IMG/VR virus record: IMGVR_UViG_3300048999_000191 | Reading direction: 5' to 3' (one strand) | Length of the DNA: 64,000 nucleotides | Source of the DNA: a virus | In this document: piece by piece, positions 26,951 to 36,905 of the stretch | How positions within the stretch are numbered: the first letter of the stretch is position 1 | How the letters are laid out: each line of letters opens with the position of its first letter | The notes under the pieces: model-generated | The model's database searches: none | What the model was told of the DNA's origin: nothing | The model's input: only the letters and a program-made list of their open reading frames with translations | Translations under genes and position numbers: made by a program

Positions 26951-27008
26951 AGCGAACCCCCGCCGGATCTGTCTCCCTAGGACAGTGCTCTCCGCGCGGG
27001 GGTTCGTT
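26951..27008. terminator. Bidirectional terminator between convergent genes
   Basis: CGAACCCCCGC/GCGGGGGTTCG. Confidence 0.7.
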
Positions 27009-27019
27009 GTGTCCGGGGG

Positions 27020-27412
27020 TCAGCAGACCGAGGTACCGTCCGGCCAGCGAATGTCCGCCTTCTCGATGATCAGCTTGCCGCGCCAGATGCCGTACCGGGC
27101 GACGTCACCCTGCTCGTTGCCCTTACGGACCAGCCAGCCCACCGCGTCGCGGTCGGGACCGATCAGCTCGGCGATCTCCTCCAGGTGACTCTCCAGCTCG
27201 TAGTGCGTGTGCCGCTCCTCGGGGCCGACGACCGCGACGGCCGTGCGGGTAACGATCTCGTCGTCGCCCTCGGTGCGCGTCTTCACGTCCAGCTCGAACC
27301 AGACGCCCCGCAGCGCGCCGAGGTCGCCCACGTAGTCGCTGTCGGCGACCATGCTCCAGGGCAGCGGCGGGTCGATCTCGATGCGGCCTTCCAGACTGCT
27401 GTAGTAACCCAT
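27020..27412 (-). CDS. Hypothetical protein
   Basis: MGYYSSLEGRIEIDPPL; RBS hairpin 27415-27430. Confidence 0.7.
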   Translation of the reverse strand: MGYYSSLEGRIEIDPPLPWSMVADSDYVGDLGALRGVWFELDVKTRTEGDDEIVTRTAVAVVGPEERHTHYELESHLEEIAELIGPDRDAVGWLVRKGNEQGDVARYGIWRGKLIIEKADIRWPDGTSVC

Positions 27413-27432
27413 GCGTCCTCCAATGTGGACAG

Positions 27433-27786
27433 TCAGACCCAGTCCATTTCGTACTCTTCGGCCAGTCCGGAGAGCCAGCGTCCGGCCCACTCGTCGCCGA
27501 ATTCCATCGCCTGCCGCAGCGCGTAGATCAGGCCGACGAGCTGATTGGTCGTGAGGTCCATCGCGCCGAGGTGCTCGGGCCACTGGGCCGAGTCGTGGAT
27601 CGGGATCTCCGTGAAGTCCTCGCCCCAGGCATGGCCGCAGAAGAACGCGGTCTCCAGGGCGTTGGCCATGTCCTGACGGCAGCCTTCGCAGCCGGTGAAC
27701 GAGTGGACGGACAAGTTCTCGTGCTCGACGGCCCTCACGAGCGCCTCGACGGCCTCCGTGCTGCCGAAGGTGAACATGTCCATCAC
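27433..27786 (-). CDS. Hypothetical protein
   Basis: 117 aa. Confidence 0.6.
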   Translation of the reverse strand: MMDMFTFGSTEAVEALVRAVEHENLSVHSFTGCEGCRQDMANALETAFFCGHAWGEDFTEIPIHDSAQWPEHLGAMDLTTNQLVGLIYALRQAMEFGDEWAGRWLSGLAEEYEMDWV

Positions 27787-28244
27787 GCCACCTTCCCACC
27801 GGACAGACGCCGGTTCTCGACCAGCGCGGGGGTCAGCTGCACGATTTCCTCCCAGTGCGCCACCACGATCTGCCGGGCCTCCTCCTTCGCCTGGTCCCAG
27901 GTCGGCGGATTCGGCATCACCACAGCGTCCTGGACGAACATCTCATAGTCCGACCCGGAGACGTGCTGGATGGGCTGGCCGCGCAGCTGGAACCAGTGTT
28001 CGGAGGCGACCTGCCCGGCCGCCGTCATGATCAGCATTCCCCGGTAGAGCTTCCAGCCGCCCGGCTCCGGGTTGTCGCCCGGCACCGGGTACATGAAGCT
28101 CTTCAGCTCGCAGTAGCCGCTGGTGGCCTCGCCGGACCACCAGGAGATCTCCATCTTGATGTTCCCCGGCGTCAGCCCGCACTCCCTGGCGACGATCGCG
28201 TGGCCCAGCTCGTGCGCGGCCACCATCTCCGGGTCCCAGCTCAT
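27783..28244 (-). CDS. Zincin-like (FtsH/M41-type) metallopeptidase domain protein
   Basis: AAHELGHAIVA, AAGQVASE, GSD. Confidence 0.75.
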   Translation of the reverse strand: MSWDPEMVAAHELGHAIVARECGLTPGNIKMEISWWSGEATSGYCELKSFMYPVPGDNPEPGGWKLYRGMLIMTAAGQVASEHWFQLRGQPIQHVSGSDYEMFVQDAVVMPNPPTWDQAKEEARQIVVAHWEEIVQLTPALVENRRLSGGKVA

Positions 28245-29005
28245 TCGCCCTCACCCCGCGCCACGTCACTCTTGGCCATCAGGGCGACAGTCAGCCGCTC
28301 GGACGCCTGGTGCTCGGGGCTGCCCACCTCGACCGGGCCGTCCGCCGACAGCGCGACGTCCGCGAGGATCTGCGCGGTGGTGCGCGAGTCGCCCTCGAAG
28401 GTCTCGTCGGGGTCGACGCCCAGCTGGGTCAGGTAGTCCGACATCCGCTCGGCCGCCGCGTCCCGCTCCGTGACGACGTGGACGCCGCGCTTCCGCGCCG
28501 CCGTCTCCAGGATCGCGGGGAACTCGTCCTCGACGACGAGGATCATCGGGGGCTGCCCGCCGCCGCGCTCGTCGATCACCTTCTGCACCGAGTCGAGCGC
28601 GTCGAGCATCCGCTTACGCTCTTCAAAGGGCAGCGCCTTGAGCGCCTTGCCCGTCGAGTCTGCCTCGCGCACGAGGTCCGGCCCGAGCACCTTGTCCAGC
28701 TCGGCGATGATGGTCTGGAGTCCGTAGCGCTGCGCCCGCGTCCCGAATGGCATCTTGTCGAGCAGCTGGTAGGCGGTGTCGCGTGCCTTGCTGGCGGCCT
28801 GAATGCTCTCGTCCGCCACCCGGACCGTCATGACGCGCTCCTTGGCCGTCTGGCGCAGCTCACGCTCATAGACGCGGGACACGCGGGAGAAGGCGCCGTT
28901 CAGCGGTGGCGCGGCCAGTTCGTCGATCGCCGGTCGCGGGTACACGTGCTCGCCCCAGGCTTCGGCCCGGACGTCGTCCAGGTAGCTCTCGATCGATTCG
29001 CTCAT
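28241..29005 (-). CDS. Hypothetical protein
   Basis: MSESIESYLDD; contains PMILVVEDEFP segment. Confidence 0.6.
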   Translation of the reverse strand: MSESIESYLDDVRAEAWGEHVYPRPAIDELAAPPLNGAFSRVSRVYERELRQTAKERVMTVRVADESIQAASKARDTAYQLLDKMPFGTRAQRYGLQTIIAELDKVLGPDLVREADSTGKALKALPFEERKRMLDALDSVQKVIDERGGGQPPMILVVEDEFPAILETAARKRGVHVVTERDAAAERMSDYLTQLGVDPDETFEGDSRTTAQILADVALSADGPVEVGSPEHQASERLTVALMAKSDVARGEGE

Positions 29006-29211
29006 GACATACCCTCCAGGGGGACGATGGCGGCCTCGTGGCCGGTGACGGACAGGACCCACGCGGCCGCCGCTTCCTTGCAGCCGGGCAGATCGCAGAC
29101 GTAGACGGATGCGTGCGGTTCGCTGTCGACCGGCATCCCGGTCGGCCAGCAGGCCCGCTCGTGGAAGCCCTGGTTGTGGAAGCAGTCGGGCATCGGGACG
29201 CGGTCCATCAA
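29002..29211 (-). CDS. Small Cys/His protein
   Basis: 69 aa, coupled. Confidence 0.5.
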   Translation of the reverse strand: MMDRVPMPDCFHNQGFHERACWPTGMPVDSEPHASVYVCDLPGCKEAAAAWVLSVTGHEAAIVPLEGMS

Positions 29212-29309
29212 CTCCTCCGCCTCGCGTCCTTGAGCGCCTTGGCCAGCTCGCGCTGAGCCGTCTTCTCGGCGGCCTCACGCGCCTGCTTCTCGGCTTCGGT
29301 CTCCGGCAT
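29208..29309 (-). CDS. Micro-protein (33 aa, helical)
   Basis: MPETEAEKQAREAAEKTAQRELAKALKDARRRS after promoter and RBS hairpin. Confidence 0.6.
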   Translation of the reverse strand: MPETEAEKQAREAAEKTAQRELAKALKDARRRS

Positions 29310-29350
29310 GTCGGACCTCCAGTGCGGTCAGGGTGAGCCTCCAGGTTACC

Positions 29351-29366
29351 CTACCCAGAAGGGTAG
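29351..29366 (-). promoter_or_regulatory. Palindromic operator filling promoter spacer
   Basis: ctacccagaagggtag; TTGACC-18-TAACCT. Confidence 0.85.
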
Positions 29367-29479
29367 GGTCAACCGGTTACAGAAAGCAGTACGCCGCCGC
29401 GAGCGCGAGGAACACGATGGCGGCGGCGCTGCCGACGAAGGCGCGCGCGATGCGCAGCCCAGCCGAGGACATGGATCTC

Positions 29480-29845
29480 CTACGGGGTAAAGGGGACGGT
29501 CGGGTGGAGCTGGAGCGTACCGTCCGCGCTCAGCTCCGAGAGCAGGAAGTAGTTGTTGTGGTTCGGGTCCTTGGACCAGGCATCCGGCCAGCGCGTCGAC
29601 TGCCAGATCGCGATCTCGCCGACGAGGGTGAACTGGCTGATCCACTCGGCCGGGTTGTTTGTCAGCTCCGTCAGGGGGCTGAAGGCCAGCAGCTTCTCCA
29701 GGTAGGTCCGCATGAGCGGCCAGTTCGTCTCGGGGTTCGGCACGTCGGCGAAGTTGCCGACGATGGTGATCAGCGGTGTCTTGATCACATCCGGCGCACC
29801 GATCGCGGTCAACTCGGCAATGGCGTGGTCACCCAGCGCGGTCAT
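29480..29845 (-). CDS. Hypothetical phage protein
   Basis: HAIAEL...PLTELT.NP.EW...WQSTR. Confidence 0.65.
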   Translation of the reverse strand: MTALGDHAIAELTAIGAPDVIKTPLITIVGNFADVPNPETNWPLMRTYLEKLLAFSPLTELTNNPAEWISQFTLVGEIAIWQSTRWPDAWSKDPNHNNYFLLSELSADGTLQLHPTVPFTP

Positions 29846-29909
29846 CTGATCTCCTCGGTCCGGCAGCGTCACCCGTTGAGGCGCGTAATGCCGCCGGACC
29901 GCAGGCCAA

Positions 29910-30407
29910 TCAGTCCTCGGAGGTGTGGGCGAGGCGGTCGCCGACCTCCTTGCCGGTCTCCACGACCATGCCGCCGTCCGGCGTCACGCTGGCCACCAGC
30001 AGCCCGGACTTGCTCATCACGTTGCCCCAAGACCCCCTGCGCGCGGACATGTCCGGGAAGACGGCCACGTCGTCCTCGGAGTCCTCCGGTTCGCCACCGT
30101 TCTCCTCGTTCGGATTCACCTCGAACCAGGTCCGGCCGAAGTTGGACGCGTAGACCTTGCCGTTCTCGTACGCGTAGGCGTAGTCCGTCGTGCCGGAGTC
30201 GTCCCACGGCCAGGGCCACGGCTCGATCGGCAGCGTCCTGTCGTCGCGCGAGGCGAGGAAGTTCGTCACCGCCACGCGGTACTCGTGCTCGGTCGTGGGG
30301 AAGAAGACCGCGTCGTCGACCCCGGCCGGGTAGCCGTCCCAGCTGATCGAGCCGAGCCACTCGGCCTCGGGGCCACGCCCCACGTAGAAGTCGCTGCGAG
30401 TTCCCAT
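29910..30407 (-). CDS. Hypothetical protein
   Basis: MGTRSDFYVGRG..AEWLGSI.WDGYP. Confidence 0.7.
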   Translation of the reverse strand: MGTRSDFYVGRGPEAEWLGSISWDGYPAGVDDAVFFPTTEHEYRVAVTNFLASRDDRTLPIEPWPWPWDDSGTTDYAYAYENGKVYASNFGRTWFEVNPNEENGGEPEDSEDDVAVFPDMSARRGSWGNVMSKSGLLVASVTPDGGMVVETGKEVGDRLAHTSED

Positions 30408-30575
30408 ATTGTTACTCCTTGCATCCGAAGGTTTCGCCCGCCTGGAGGCAGGTGACGATCCGAGCAGGGGGCGTCTCGGCCGTGTGCGTCAATGCGTAAA
30501 TCGCGCAGCCCCCGATGTATCCCCCGAGGAAGATCGCGAACCCGATGGCGATCCCAGCCGCCCAGCGCAGTGCCG

Positions 30576-30938
30576 TCACGGGAGCACGCTGCCCTCGATC
30601 ACGAGCATGTCCGGCGGGATCGCGCCCTCCTTCAGCACGGCGGCCACCAGCGCCTTGACGCACGGAGTGCTCGTGAGCCACTGGATCGGGTCCTGCGGCA
30701 ACGCGCGCTCCTGCGAGTTCTCCCAGGCCATCCAGACGTCGTCCGGCGCGTCGCGCAGGTACCGCGACTCGTCCTTCGCGTCCCGCCAAGCCTTCTGCCG
30801 GTAGAGCTGCCCGGCCCGGCGCTCCAGGAAGCGCAGCACGTTGATCCGGTGCGACTGCTCCATCTCGCTGATCAGGTAGGGGAAGCCGTCCTGGCCCAGC
30901 CACCGCGTGTCCTGCTCCAGCACGTCGATGATCGACAT
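30576..30938 (-). CDS. Hypothetical protein
   Basis: 120 aa. Confidence 0.65.
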   Translation of the reverse strand: MSIIDVLEQDTRWLGQDGFPYLISEMEQSHRINVLRFLERRAGQLYRQKAWRDAKDESRYLRDAPDDVWMAWENSQERALPQDPIQWLTSTPCVKALVAAVLKEGAIPPDMLVIEGSVLP

Positions 30939-31141
30939 CTAGCCACCTCCTCCGAGGATCGCGGTGCGGACCGCCAATTCGGTGTTCGCATCGAAGTTGC
31001 CGCCTGCGCCCGAGGGCGGGTCCGGCGGTTTGTCCCACGGGTCGTTGCCCGTGAGGTAGATGTGCAGCCGCTGCCACCACGGCCGGTGACCCGGCTTTCG
31101 CCGGGCCCAGGCTGGCTCATCGAAGCCGTCCCACATGCCCA

Positions 31142-31477
31142 TCAGCTTCCCTCCCAGTGCTTCACGAGCATCTCGACCGCCTTGGCGCAGCGGTCGGAGT
31201 TAACCACCGGGATGCCGACCGGCGGGGTGTGGTTGTAGTAGCTGACCTCGTAGTCCTCCGGCAGCGCGAAGGCGTCGAAGTAGACGTGGCTGCCGGTCTG
31301 CACTCGGGCGATCCAGCCGAGGTAGTACCAGTTGTCGTCACCGGCCCGGCCCATGACGATCCAGTGCGCGCTGCCCGGCTCCATCGCCTTGACCAGCTCG
31401 GAGGTGCGCAGGTGCCGCCTCGTGACCTTGTGGATCTTGCGGGTGGCGCCACTCGGATACTGGAAGTCGGTACTCAT
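31142..31477 (-). CDS. Hypothetical protein
   Basis: 111 aa, coupled. Confidence 0.55.
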   Translation of the reverse strand: MSTDFQYPSGATRKIHKVTRRHLRTSELVKAMEPGSAHWIVMGRAGDDNWYYLGWIARVQTGSHVYFDAFALPEDYEVSYYNHTPPVGIPVVNSDRCAKAVEMLVKHWEGS

Positions 31478-32061
31478 CGGCCCGCCAGCTTCCGCGCGCG
31501 CTCCATGACGCCGGGCTCCTGCGCCGTGCCGCCGCCGTTGACGAGCAGGAACAGCTCAGCCTCAGCTTCCGGGCTGGGCAGCTGCGCCTCGGCCACCGGC
31601 AGCTGGAACCGGTGACCCATGTGGCGCTGCTGCGGTAGCGTCAGCCAGCTGTACTTGGTCCACTTCTGCCCGGTCTGCGCGCCGCCGAAATCGATCGTCT
31701 GCTCGACGTCCTCCAAGTCGAACCAGTCGGCCGGGACGGTGAGCATGTCCTCGAACCACCAGCGCGCGGTCTCGATGCGCTGCTTGCCGTCCACGCAGCC
31801 GTAGATCTTCGCGTCCTCGCGCTTGTAGACGTCGCCGGTCGTCTTGCGCCAGCCGGGGTTGTCCCGCAGGTTGATGATCACGATGCCGACCGGGACACCC
31901 ATGATCCAGGACTTGATCAGTTCGCGGCGCTGGTCGACGTTCCAGACGTGGTCGCGCTGGTAGGGCGGGTCCATGTCCATTTGCGGGACCATCTGCCGCG
32001 CGACCTCGCGGGCACTGCGGTTGGTCGGGGAGAGGCGGTACTCGGGGAGCGGCATGATCAT
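31474..32061 (-). CDS. DUF262 (ParB/Srx-like) domain protein
   Basis: PPYQRDHVW...Q...LIKS...G.P.G, VDGKQR, NGGGT. Confidence 0.85.
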   Translation of the reverse strand: MIMPLPEYRLSPTNRSAREVARQMVPQMDMDPPYQRDHVWNVDQRRELIKSWIMGVPVGIVIINLRDNPGWRKTTGDVYKREDAKIYGCVDGKQRIETARWWFEDMLTVPADWFDLEDVEQTIDFGGAQTGQKWTKYSWLTLPQQRHMGHRFQLPVAEAQLPSPEAEAELFLLVNGGGTAQEPGVMERARKLAGR

Positions 32062-32384
32062 GCACCTGCCATCTCGAAGAACTCGACGCGAGCCTTGGCG
32101 CCCACCTCGACGGAATCGAAGGCCAGCGTCCCCTCGGCATCGCCGGTGTCGCGGGCGATGTAGAGCCGGGCGCGCAACAACCCGTGCCGGTTGGGCACGG
32201 TGCCGGTCTGCACGACCCGGGCGAGCTGCTTGCTGTTCCAGCTCTCGACGATGAGGCCCGCCGGGGTGATGGCCACCAGGTCGTAACGCCCGGCCGCGTC
32301 CGTCTCAACGAAGAACCGGAACAGGTCGGGAGTGAAGTTGTGCCACAGGGCGTCGATCTCGGCGCGGGTGATGGTGTCCTGCAT
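32058..32384 (-). CDS. Hypothetical protein
   Basis: 108 aa; promoter and RBS hairpin. Confidence 0.65.
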   Translation of the reverse strand: MQDTITRAEIDALWHNFTPDLFRFFVETDAAGRYDLVAITPAGLIVESWNSKQLARVVQTGTVPNRHGLLRARLYIARDTGDAEGTLAFDSVEVGAKARVEFFEMAGA

Positions 32385-32420
32385 GGTGACCTCCAGTGCG
32401 GTCTCGGTAATGACCCCACA

Positions 32421-32436
32421 CTACTCGATCGGGTAG
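32421..32436 (-). promoter_or_regulatory. Palindromic operator in promoter
   Basis: ccccaca-ctactcgatcgggtag-tgtgggg; TTGCCC-17-TAGTGT. Confidence 0.85.
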
Positions 32437-32663
32437 TGTGGGGCAACCCCCTTACAGCGGATTGCCCCAGACGATCCGGCCGGTGTCCCGGCGGTAGGGG
32501 CGATGCTTCGGCTGCGGCGCGCTCGGGGCGTAGTCCGGGTCGTTCAGCTGGCGGATCTTGCGATCCACGGTGACCGGGTTGGTGTAGACGGCCTGCTCGG
32601 TCGGATGGCCCGAGGCGTCGCAGGGCGTTCCCTCGGCGTCCAGGATCCGGTAGACGACGCTGC

Positions 32664-33188
32664 TCACAGCTCGACCTCGGCCTTCGGCGGCATCCAGCCC
32701 GCCTCGACGAGCAGCTTGCGGATCTCCATCGCCTGGTCCTTCATGCCGCCCGCCTCGAAGCCGACCTGAGAGACGATGTAGTCGACGATCGGCCGCGCGT
32801 CCTCCTCGAACGGGATGACGTCGACCGGCGCCATCTCCTGGGCGATCAGCTCGGAAGCGTCTTCGAGCTTCGGCGCCTCGTCGGCGTCGAACGAGGTGCC
32901 GCCGCCGGTGACCTCGGCCCCCTCGACCTTCGCCGCGATCTCGTCGGCCACGGCGTAGATCTCGGTCAGCTCGTTGTAGACGAAGTTCGTCTTGTGCGCG
33001 ATGACCGAGGTATAGGTCTTCTCGGGGACGTAGGGTTCGAAGTCGTCGCCGTAGCTGAACGGCACGCCCTTCTCGTAGTGGAAGACATCCTTCTCGCGGT
33101 CGACGGTCCAGCCCGCCTTCTCGCAGAGGGCGATCAGCTCGGTGGCCGCGTCGCGGGTGGGAACACTGAAGTCGATGTCACGGATCAC
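32664..33188 (-). CDS. Acidic hypothetical protein
   Basis: GTG start fixed by RBS hairpin 33195-33210. Confidence 0.65.
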   Translation of the reverse strand: MIRDIDFSVPTRDAATELIALCEKAGWTVDREKDVFHYEKGVPFSYGDDFEPYVPEKTYTSVIAHKTNFVYNELTEIYAVADEIAAKVEGAEVTGGGTSFDADEAPKLEDASELIAQEMAPVDVIPFEEDARPIVDYIVSQVGFEAGGMKDQAMEIRKLLVEAGWMPPKAEVEL

Positions 33189-33225
33189 AGGGATTCCTTC
33201 CGATGCAGGATGTTGCGAGTCGACA

Positions 33226-33241
33226 CTACCCGATCGAGTAG
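33226..33241 (-). promoter_or_regulatory. Palindromic operator in promoter
   Basis: ctacccgatcgagtag. Confidence 0.8.
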
Positions 33242-33850
33242 TGCAGGTCAAACGCGGCGGCGCGGGTGCACACGCTCCTTGCGCTCGATGAAGTAGCGGG
33301 TCTTGACCTCCACGGCGGCGATGCTCGCGTGCTTGCGGGACAGGCCGCCCGCCATCAGATCCTGGACCAGCTGCTCGTACTGGTCCTCGACGGTCGGATG
33401 GGACGCGTTGGTGCCCGCGCACGAGCACCGGGTGCCGCAGAGCATGAGCGCGCAAGTGGCCATCAGCGGACCCTCACTTCCTGCATCACCGAGTTGTCCG
33501 GCGTGAAATGCGTCTCGACGTAGGTCACTCGAACGAGCGAGTAGACCCCGTACACGGTGATCAGCGCTCCCTCGCGTATCGCGGGTGCGGTGCCACTCCA
33601 CACCACGGTGTCGGGGTCGTTCTCGTGAGCGATCTTGGTGTGGATCATCACGAGCCCCAGACCGGGCAGAAGTACAACGAGCCGTCCGGCCGGTCACACA
33701 CCGGCTTCCAGCTCTGCTGGACGATCACCTCGTGCGCCCAGGGCCAGATGTCGGTCCCGGCCACGAGCAGGAAGCCGAGAAGAAACGCGATCGCGGCCAG
33801 GATGCCGAGCAGGCGCCAGCAGCCGTGACCGACCGGGGGGCGGGTGGCCA

Positions 33851-34138
33851 TCAGATCATTCCTCCCGGCCCACGGCGGTCGCACTCCAGCCGGACGGCCA
33901 TGCGCAGCTTGTCCAGCTCCTCGGCGCCCAGCGAGCGCAGGTCCGGATCCGGGTTCTCGATGTGGACCACGAAGCCCTTGTAGGCGGGCGCCTTGGGCCA
34001 CTCGGCCTCGAACCCCTTACGCTCGACGATCGCGGCGCAGGCGGCCAACCAGGACGACGAGCGTCGCTTCCCGGCTGTCCTGGTGAAGTCGGCCGCGCGA
34101 TTCAACGCGGCAACGCCGCCTCGGATGAACTCACTCAT
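33851..34138 (-). CDS. Hypothetical protein
   Basis: 95 aa; first of a coupled run 33248-34138. Confidence 0.55.
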   Translation of the reverse strand: MSEFIRGGVAALNRAADFTRTAGKRRSSSWLAACAAIVERKGFEAEWPKAPAYKGFVVHIENPDPDLRSLGAEELDKLRMAVRLECDRRGPGGMI

Positions 34139-34255
34139 CAGATCTCTCCTCGCTGATCACGGACGACTGCGCAGCGTTTCTTACGCCTGGAGGTAACAAA
34201 CGCTGCGTCAGCCGATGTGCGGAGTGGCCAAAGGTAGAACCCTTGCCAGTCGACA

Positions 34256-34271
34256 CTACCCGATCGAGTAG
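34256..34271 (-). promoter_or_regulatory. Palindromic operator in promoter
   Basis: ctacccgatcgagtag. Confidence 0.8.
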
Positions 34272-34277
34272 TATGGG

Positions 34278-35297
34278 TCAACCTCGGACGTCGTGGACGC
34301 GAGGCTTGTTGATCACCGGCGTGCCCTCGGGCCCGCGCGGATGCTCGGCGATCAGGATCCGTTTACGCAGCTTCCGGCCGGGCCCGTATGCCTGATTCCG
34401 CCAGTGCTCGGACACGGTCACCCGGTGGTCGAGCTTGTGGCCGGTGCCTGGGTTCTGGACTGGCTTGTGTGCGCCCGCGTGCTGCCGGACGTTCACCACG
34501 GAGATGTCGTCGACCCGAGAGCTGACCAGTCCCGTCCGGGCGGCTCGGCGGCGGGCGTGACGCTCAATTGGCTCGTCGCTCTCCGGCAACGGCTGATTCA
34601 TCATCTGGAAGGCGGCGTAAAGCATCCGGCCGATGTTGTAGAGACTCACCACGTCCTCGGCCGTTTCACCTTCGGCACGGACCTGTTCGACCCGCTCGCG
34701 CTGCTTGTCGGTCAGCTCGGAGTACTCCGGCCCTACCATGCTCGTCGGCCCGGCCATCATGAACTGGCTGATCCATAACCCCTGGTTGATGCGATTCGTG
34801 TCTTCGAACCACGGTTCATCTCGCATTCGAGACACATCGGTACTGGGCTCGCGACTGGCATCGTTCCAGACCGTGAACAGATACCCCCGATCGGTCGCAC
34901 CGGTCTCCTTCGTGACGAGTTCGATCATGGTCCACGTCAGGATGTGGATGCGCACCACGCGCGCCTTCGCGTCGGGGTCAGCCAGGTAATTGAAAGCTTC
35001 CTCGAAGACCAACACACCCTTATCGGTCCGGGGCAGGCCGGACTGCTCAAAGCTGATGTTGTCGTCGAGCGCGTCCATCCGCTCGCGCAGCTCCGGCATG
35101 GCCGAGGCGCGCATCCGGTACGTTGGCGCCTCCAGGACGTCCTTGTGCAGGTGCAGGGCGGCGGCGGTGGGCTTGTCCAGGCCGAGCGACCATGTGGCCA
35201 CGCGTGAGACGTAGCGCTGCACGTCGCGGTTGCCGGTAACGATCGCGAGCTTGGTGTGGATGTCCAGCGCCTCAGCGCGGCTGAGCCCAGTCACCAT
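34278..35297 (-). CDS. Hypothetical protein with C-terminal V..HWRNQAYGPG...I.I..H.RGP motif
   Basis: 339 aa; basic C-terminal motif recalled from actinobacterial phage/plasmid proteins. Confidence 0.7.
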   Translation of the reverse strand: MVTGLSRAEALDIHTKLAIVTGNRDVQRYVSRVATWSLGLDKPTAAALHLHKDVLEAPTYRMRASAMPELRERMDALDDNISFEQSGLPRTDKGVLVFEEAFNYLADPDAKARVVRIHILTWTMIELVTKETGATDRGYLFTVWNDASREPSTDVSRMRDEPWFEDTNRINQGLWISQFMMAGPTSMVGPEYSELTDKQRERVEQVRAEGETAEDVVSLYNIGRMLYAAFQMMNQPLPESDEPIERHARRRAARTGLVSSRVDDISVVNVRQHAGAHKPVQNPGTGHKLDHRVTVSEHWRNQAYGPGRKLRKRILIAEHPRGPEGTPVINKPRVHDVRG

Positions 35298-35683
35298 CAG
35301 CGCACCTTCGCGAAGAGGATGCCGCCCACAATGAACAGCAGGGCTCCGAGGACCCACATCAGCGTCCAGAAGCCGTCGTCACTCAGCTCGATCGCGTACA
35401 TCAGTGGATCTCCTGTCGGACCCAGAGCCACATGAGCGCGTAACGCTTCCACATCTCCGCGTAGAAGCCGGGCAACGGTTCCATGATCAGTTATTCCTTC
35501 CTCGGCCCAGGCCGAATCCCGAGAGCCAGGCGAGCGGCACGGCAGCGCAGACCAGGTACATCGTCGTGGTCTGCGGCGCCCCCTGCACCGAGTTCGAGAT
35601 CATCACCATGAGGATCAGGATCAGCCCGGCGGTGGCTCCGAGGCCGACCGCGAACCACAGTGCGCGCTTGTCCACACCCATGA

Positions 35684-36004
35684 TCAGCTCTCCCCGCCGT
35701 AGATGACGACCAGCGACGACTCGTCACGGACCTCGTAGACGAAGCCCTGTTCGGCGGCCAGCGACTGACCCGCCTCGCTCAGGGTGTACTTCAGCGGCCA
35801 GCAGTCCATGGCGTACCAGACGACCTCGACGCGGCCCTTGGGCAGCTGCGCGACCTCGTGGCCGTTCGAGTTGAACTCGCGGACGTTGACGTCGAAGTGC
35901 TTCGCGGCGTCGATGGCCACGGTGGCGGCCACGGCGGCTTCGAGCGAGGTCCCCACCCCGCACCACGCCGGGCCGAGGATGTAGCTGGACGAGTGGGCTC
36001 CCAT
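35684..36004 (-). CDS. Hypothetical protein
   Basis: Start fixed by RBS hairpin 36008-36023. Confidence 0.65.
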   Translation of the reverse strand: MGAHSSSYILGPAWCGVGTSLEAAVAATVAIDAAKHFDVNVREFNSNGHEVAQLPKGRVEVVWYAMDCWPLKYTLSEAGQSLAAEQGFVYEVRDESSLVVIYGGES

Positions 36005-36044
36005 GTTGACCTCCGGTGCGGTCCTTGAACTGACAAAACCCACA

Positions 36045-36060
36045 CTACCCGTTCAGGTAG
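36045..36060 (-). promoter_or_regulatory. Palindromic operator in promoter
   Basis: ctacccgttcaggtag; TTGACT-17-TAGTGT. Confidence 0.85.
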
Positions 36061-36083
36061 TATGAGTCAAGTCGGCGGAGTGA

Positions 36084-36383
36084 TCAGCTGATCTCCTTGA
36101 TGGTCAACGCGATCGCGCGGCCGCACCCTGCTTCTTCCTCGGCCCGATAGCCGTAAGCGAACTGGATGTTGAAGAGACTCTTGTGCATGATCATTTCGGG
36201 GATGCCGTTGTTGCGCAGGTGACCCTCGCGATCGTCGAGCCAGCCGAGGTAGTTGCCCTCGGGATCCTCGATCACCTCAACCGGCACGGGCTCGGCGCAG
36301 CCATGCATCTTGACCGTGCGACGGTCGCTGATCACGAGCCACTCGCAGTCGCCCTTGGGGTAGCCGAACATCTCCCAGCTCAT
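36084..36383 (-). CDS. Hypothetical protein
   Basis: 99 aa. Confidence 0.6.
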   Translation of the reverse strand: MSWEMFGYPKGDCEWLVISDRRTVKMHGCAEPVPVEVIEDPEGNYLGWLDDREGHLRNNGIPEMIMHKSLFNIQFAYGYRAEEEAGCGRAIALTIKEIS

Positions 36384-36572
36384 TCGTCGACCACCTGCTG
36401 GAACTCGTAAAGGCGCGGGCCGCGCTCGTGCTCGACAATGATCGAGCCGCGCAGCGCCGCCTCGGCCTCTTCCTCGGTTTCGTACGCACGCGGGCTCATG
36501 ATCCGCTTCGAGTCGAGAGGTCGGTGGTGCCCCTGATGACGCGCGCCAGCGCGCCTCGCTTCATCGGTTCGG

Positions 36573-36905
36573 TCACGTCTGCTCCTCGGGTTTCTTGATC
36601 TCGGCCAGGATGGGCACGAGCAGCTTGCGAACTCGGTCGAGGCTCTCGATGGCGTCGTTCCACTCGAAGTACTCGGTGCTGTTGGCCAGCACCTCCTCCA
36701 CGCGCTTGCGGAAGGCGCGCAGCTGATACACCTCGTTCATCACCTCGAAGACCGGCGTGCCCGCGTAGTACTCCTGCTCGGGGCTCGCCAGGAGCCCGAG
36801 CATGATCTGGGCGTCCCGCAGCTCTCGCCGCACCTTCTTCAACTCGTCGGCGACCACGGGAGACACCTTGTGCCACTGGTCACCGATCTTGATCAGCACG
36901 CTCAC
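36573..36905 (-). CDS. Hypothetical protein
   Basis: GTGA-coupled. Confidence 0.55.
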   Translation of the reverse strand: MSVLIKIGDQWHKVSPVVADELKKVRRELRDAQIMLGLLASPEQEYYAGTPVFEVMNEVYQLRAFRKRVEEVLANSTEYFEWNDAIESLDRVRKLLVPILAEIKKPEEQT

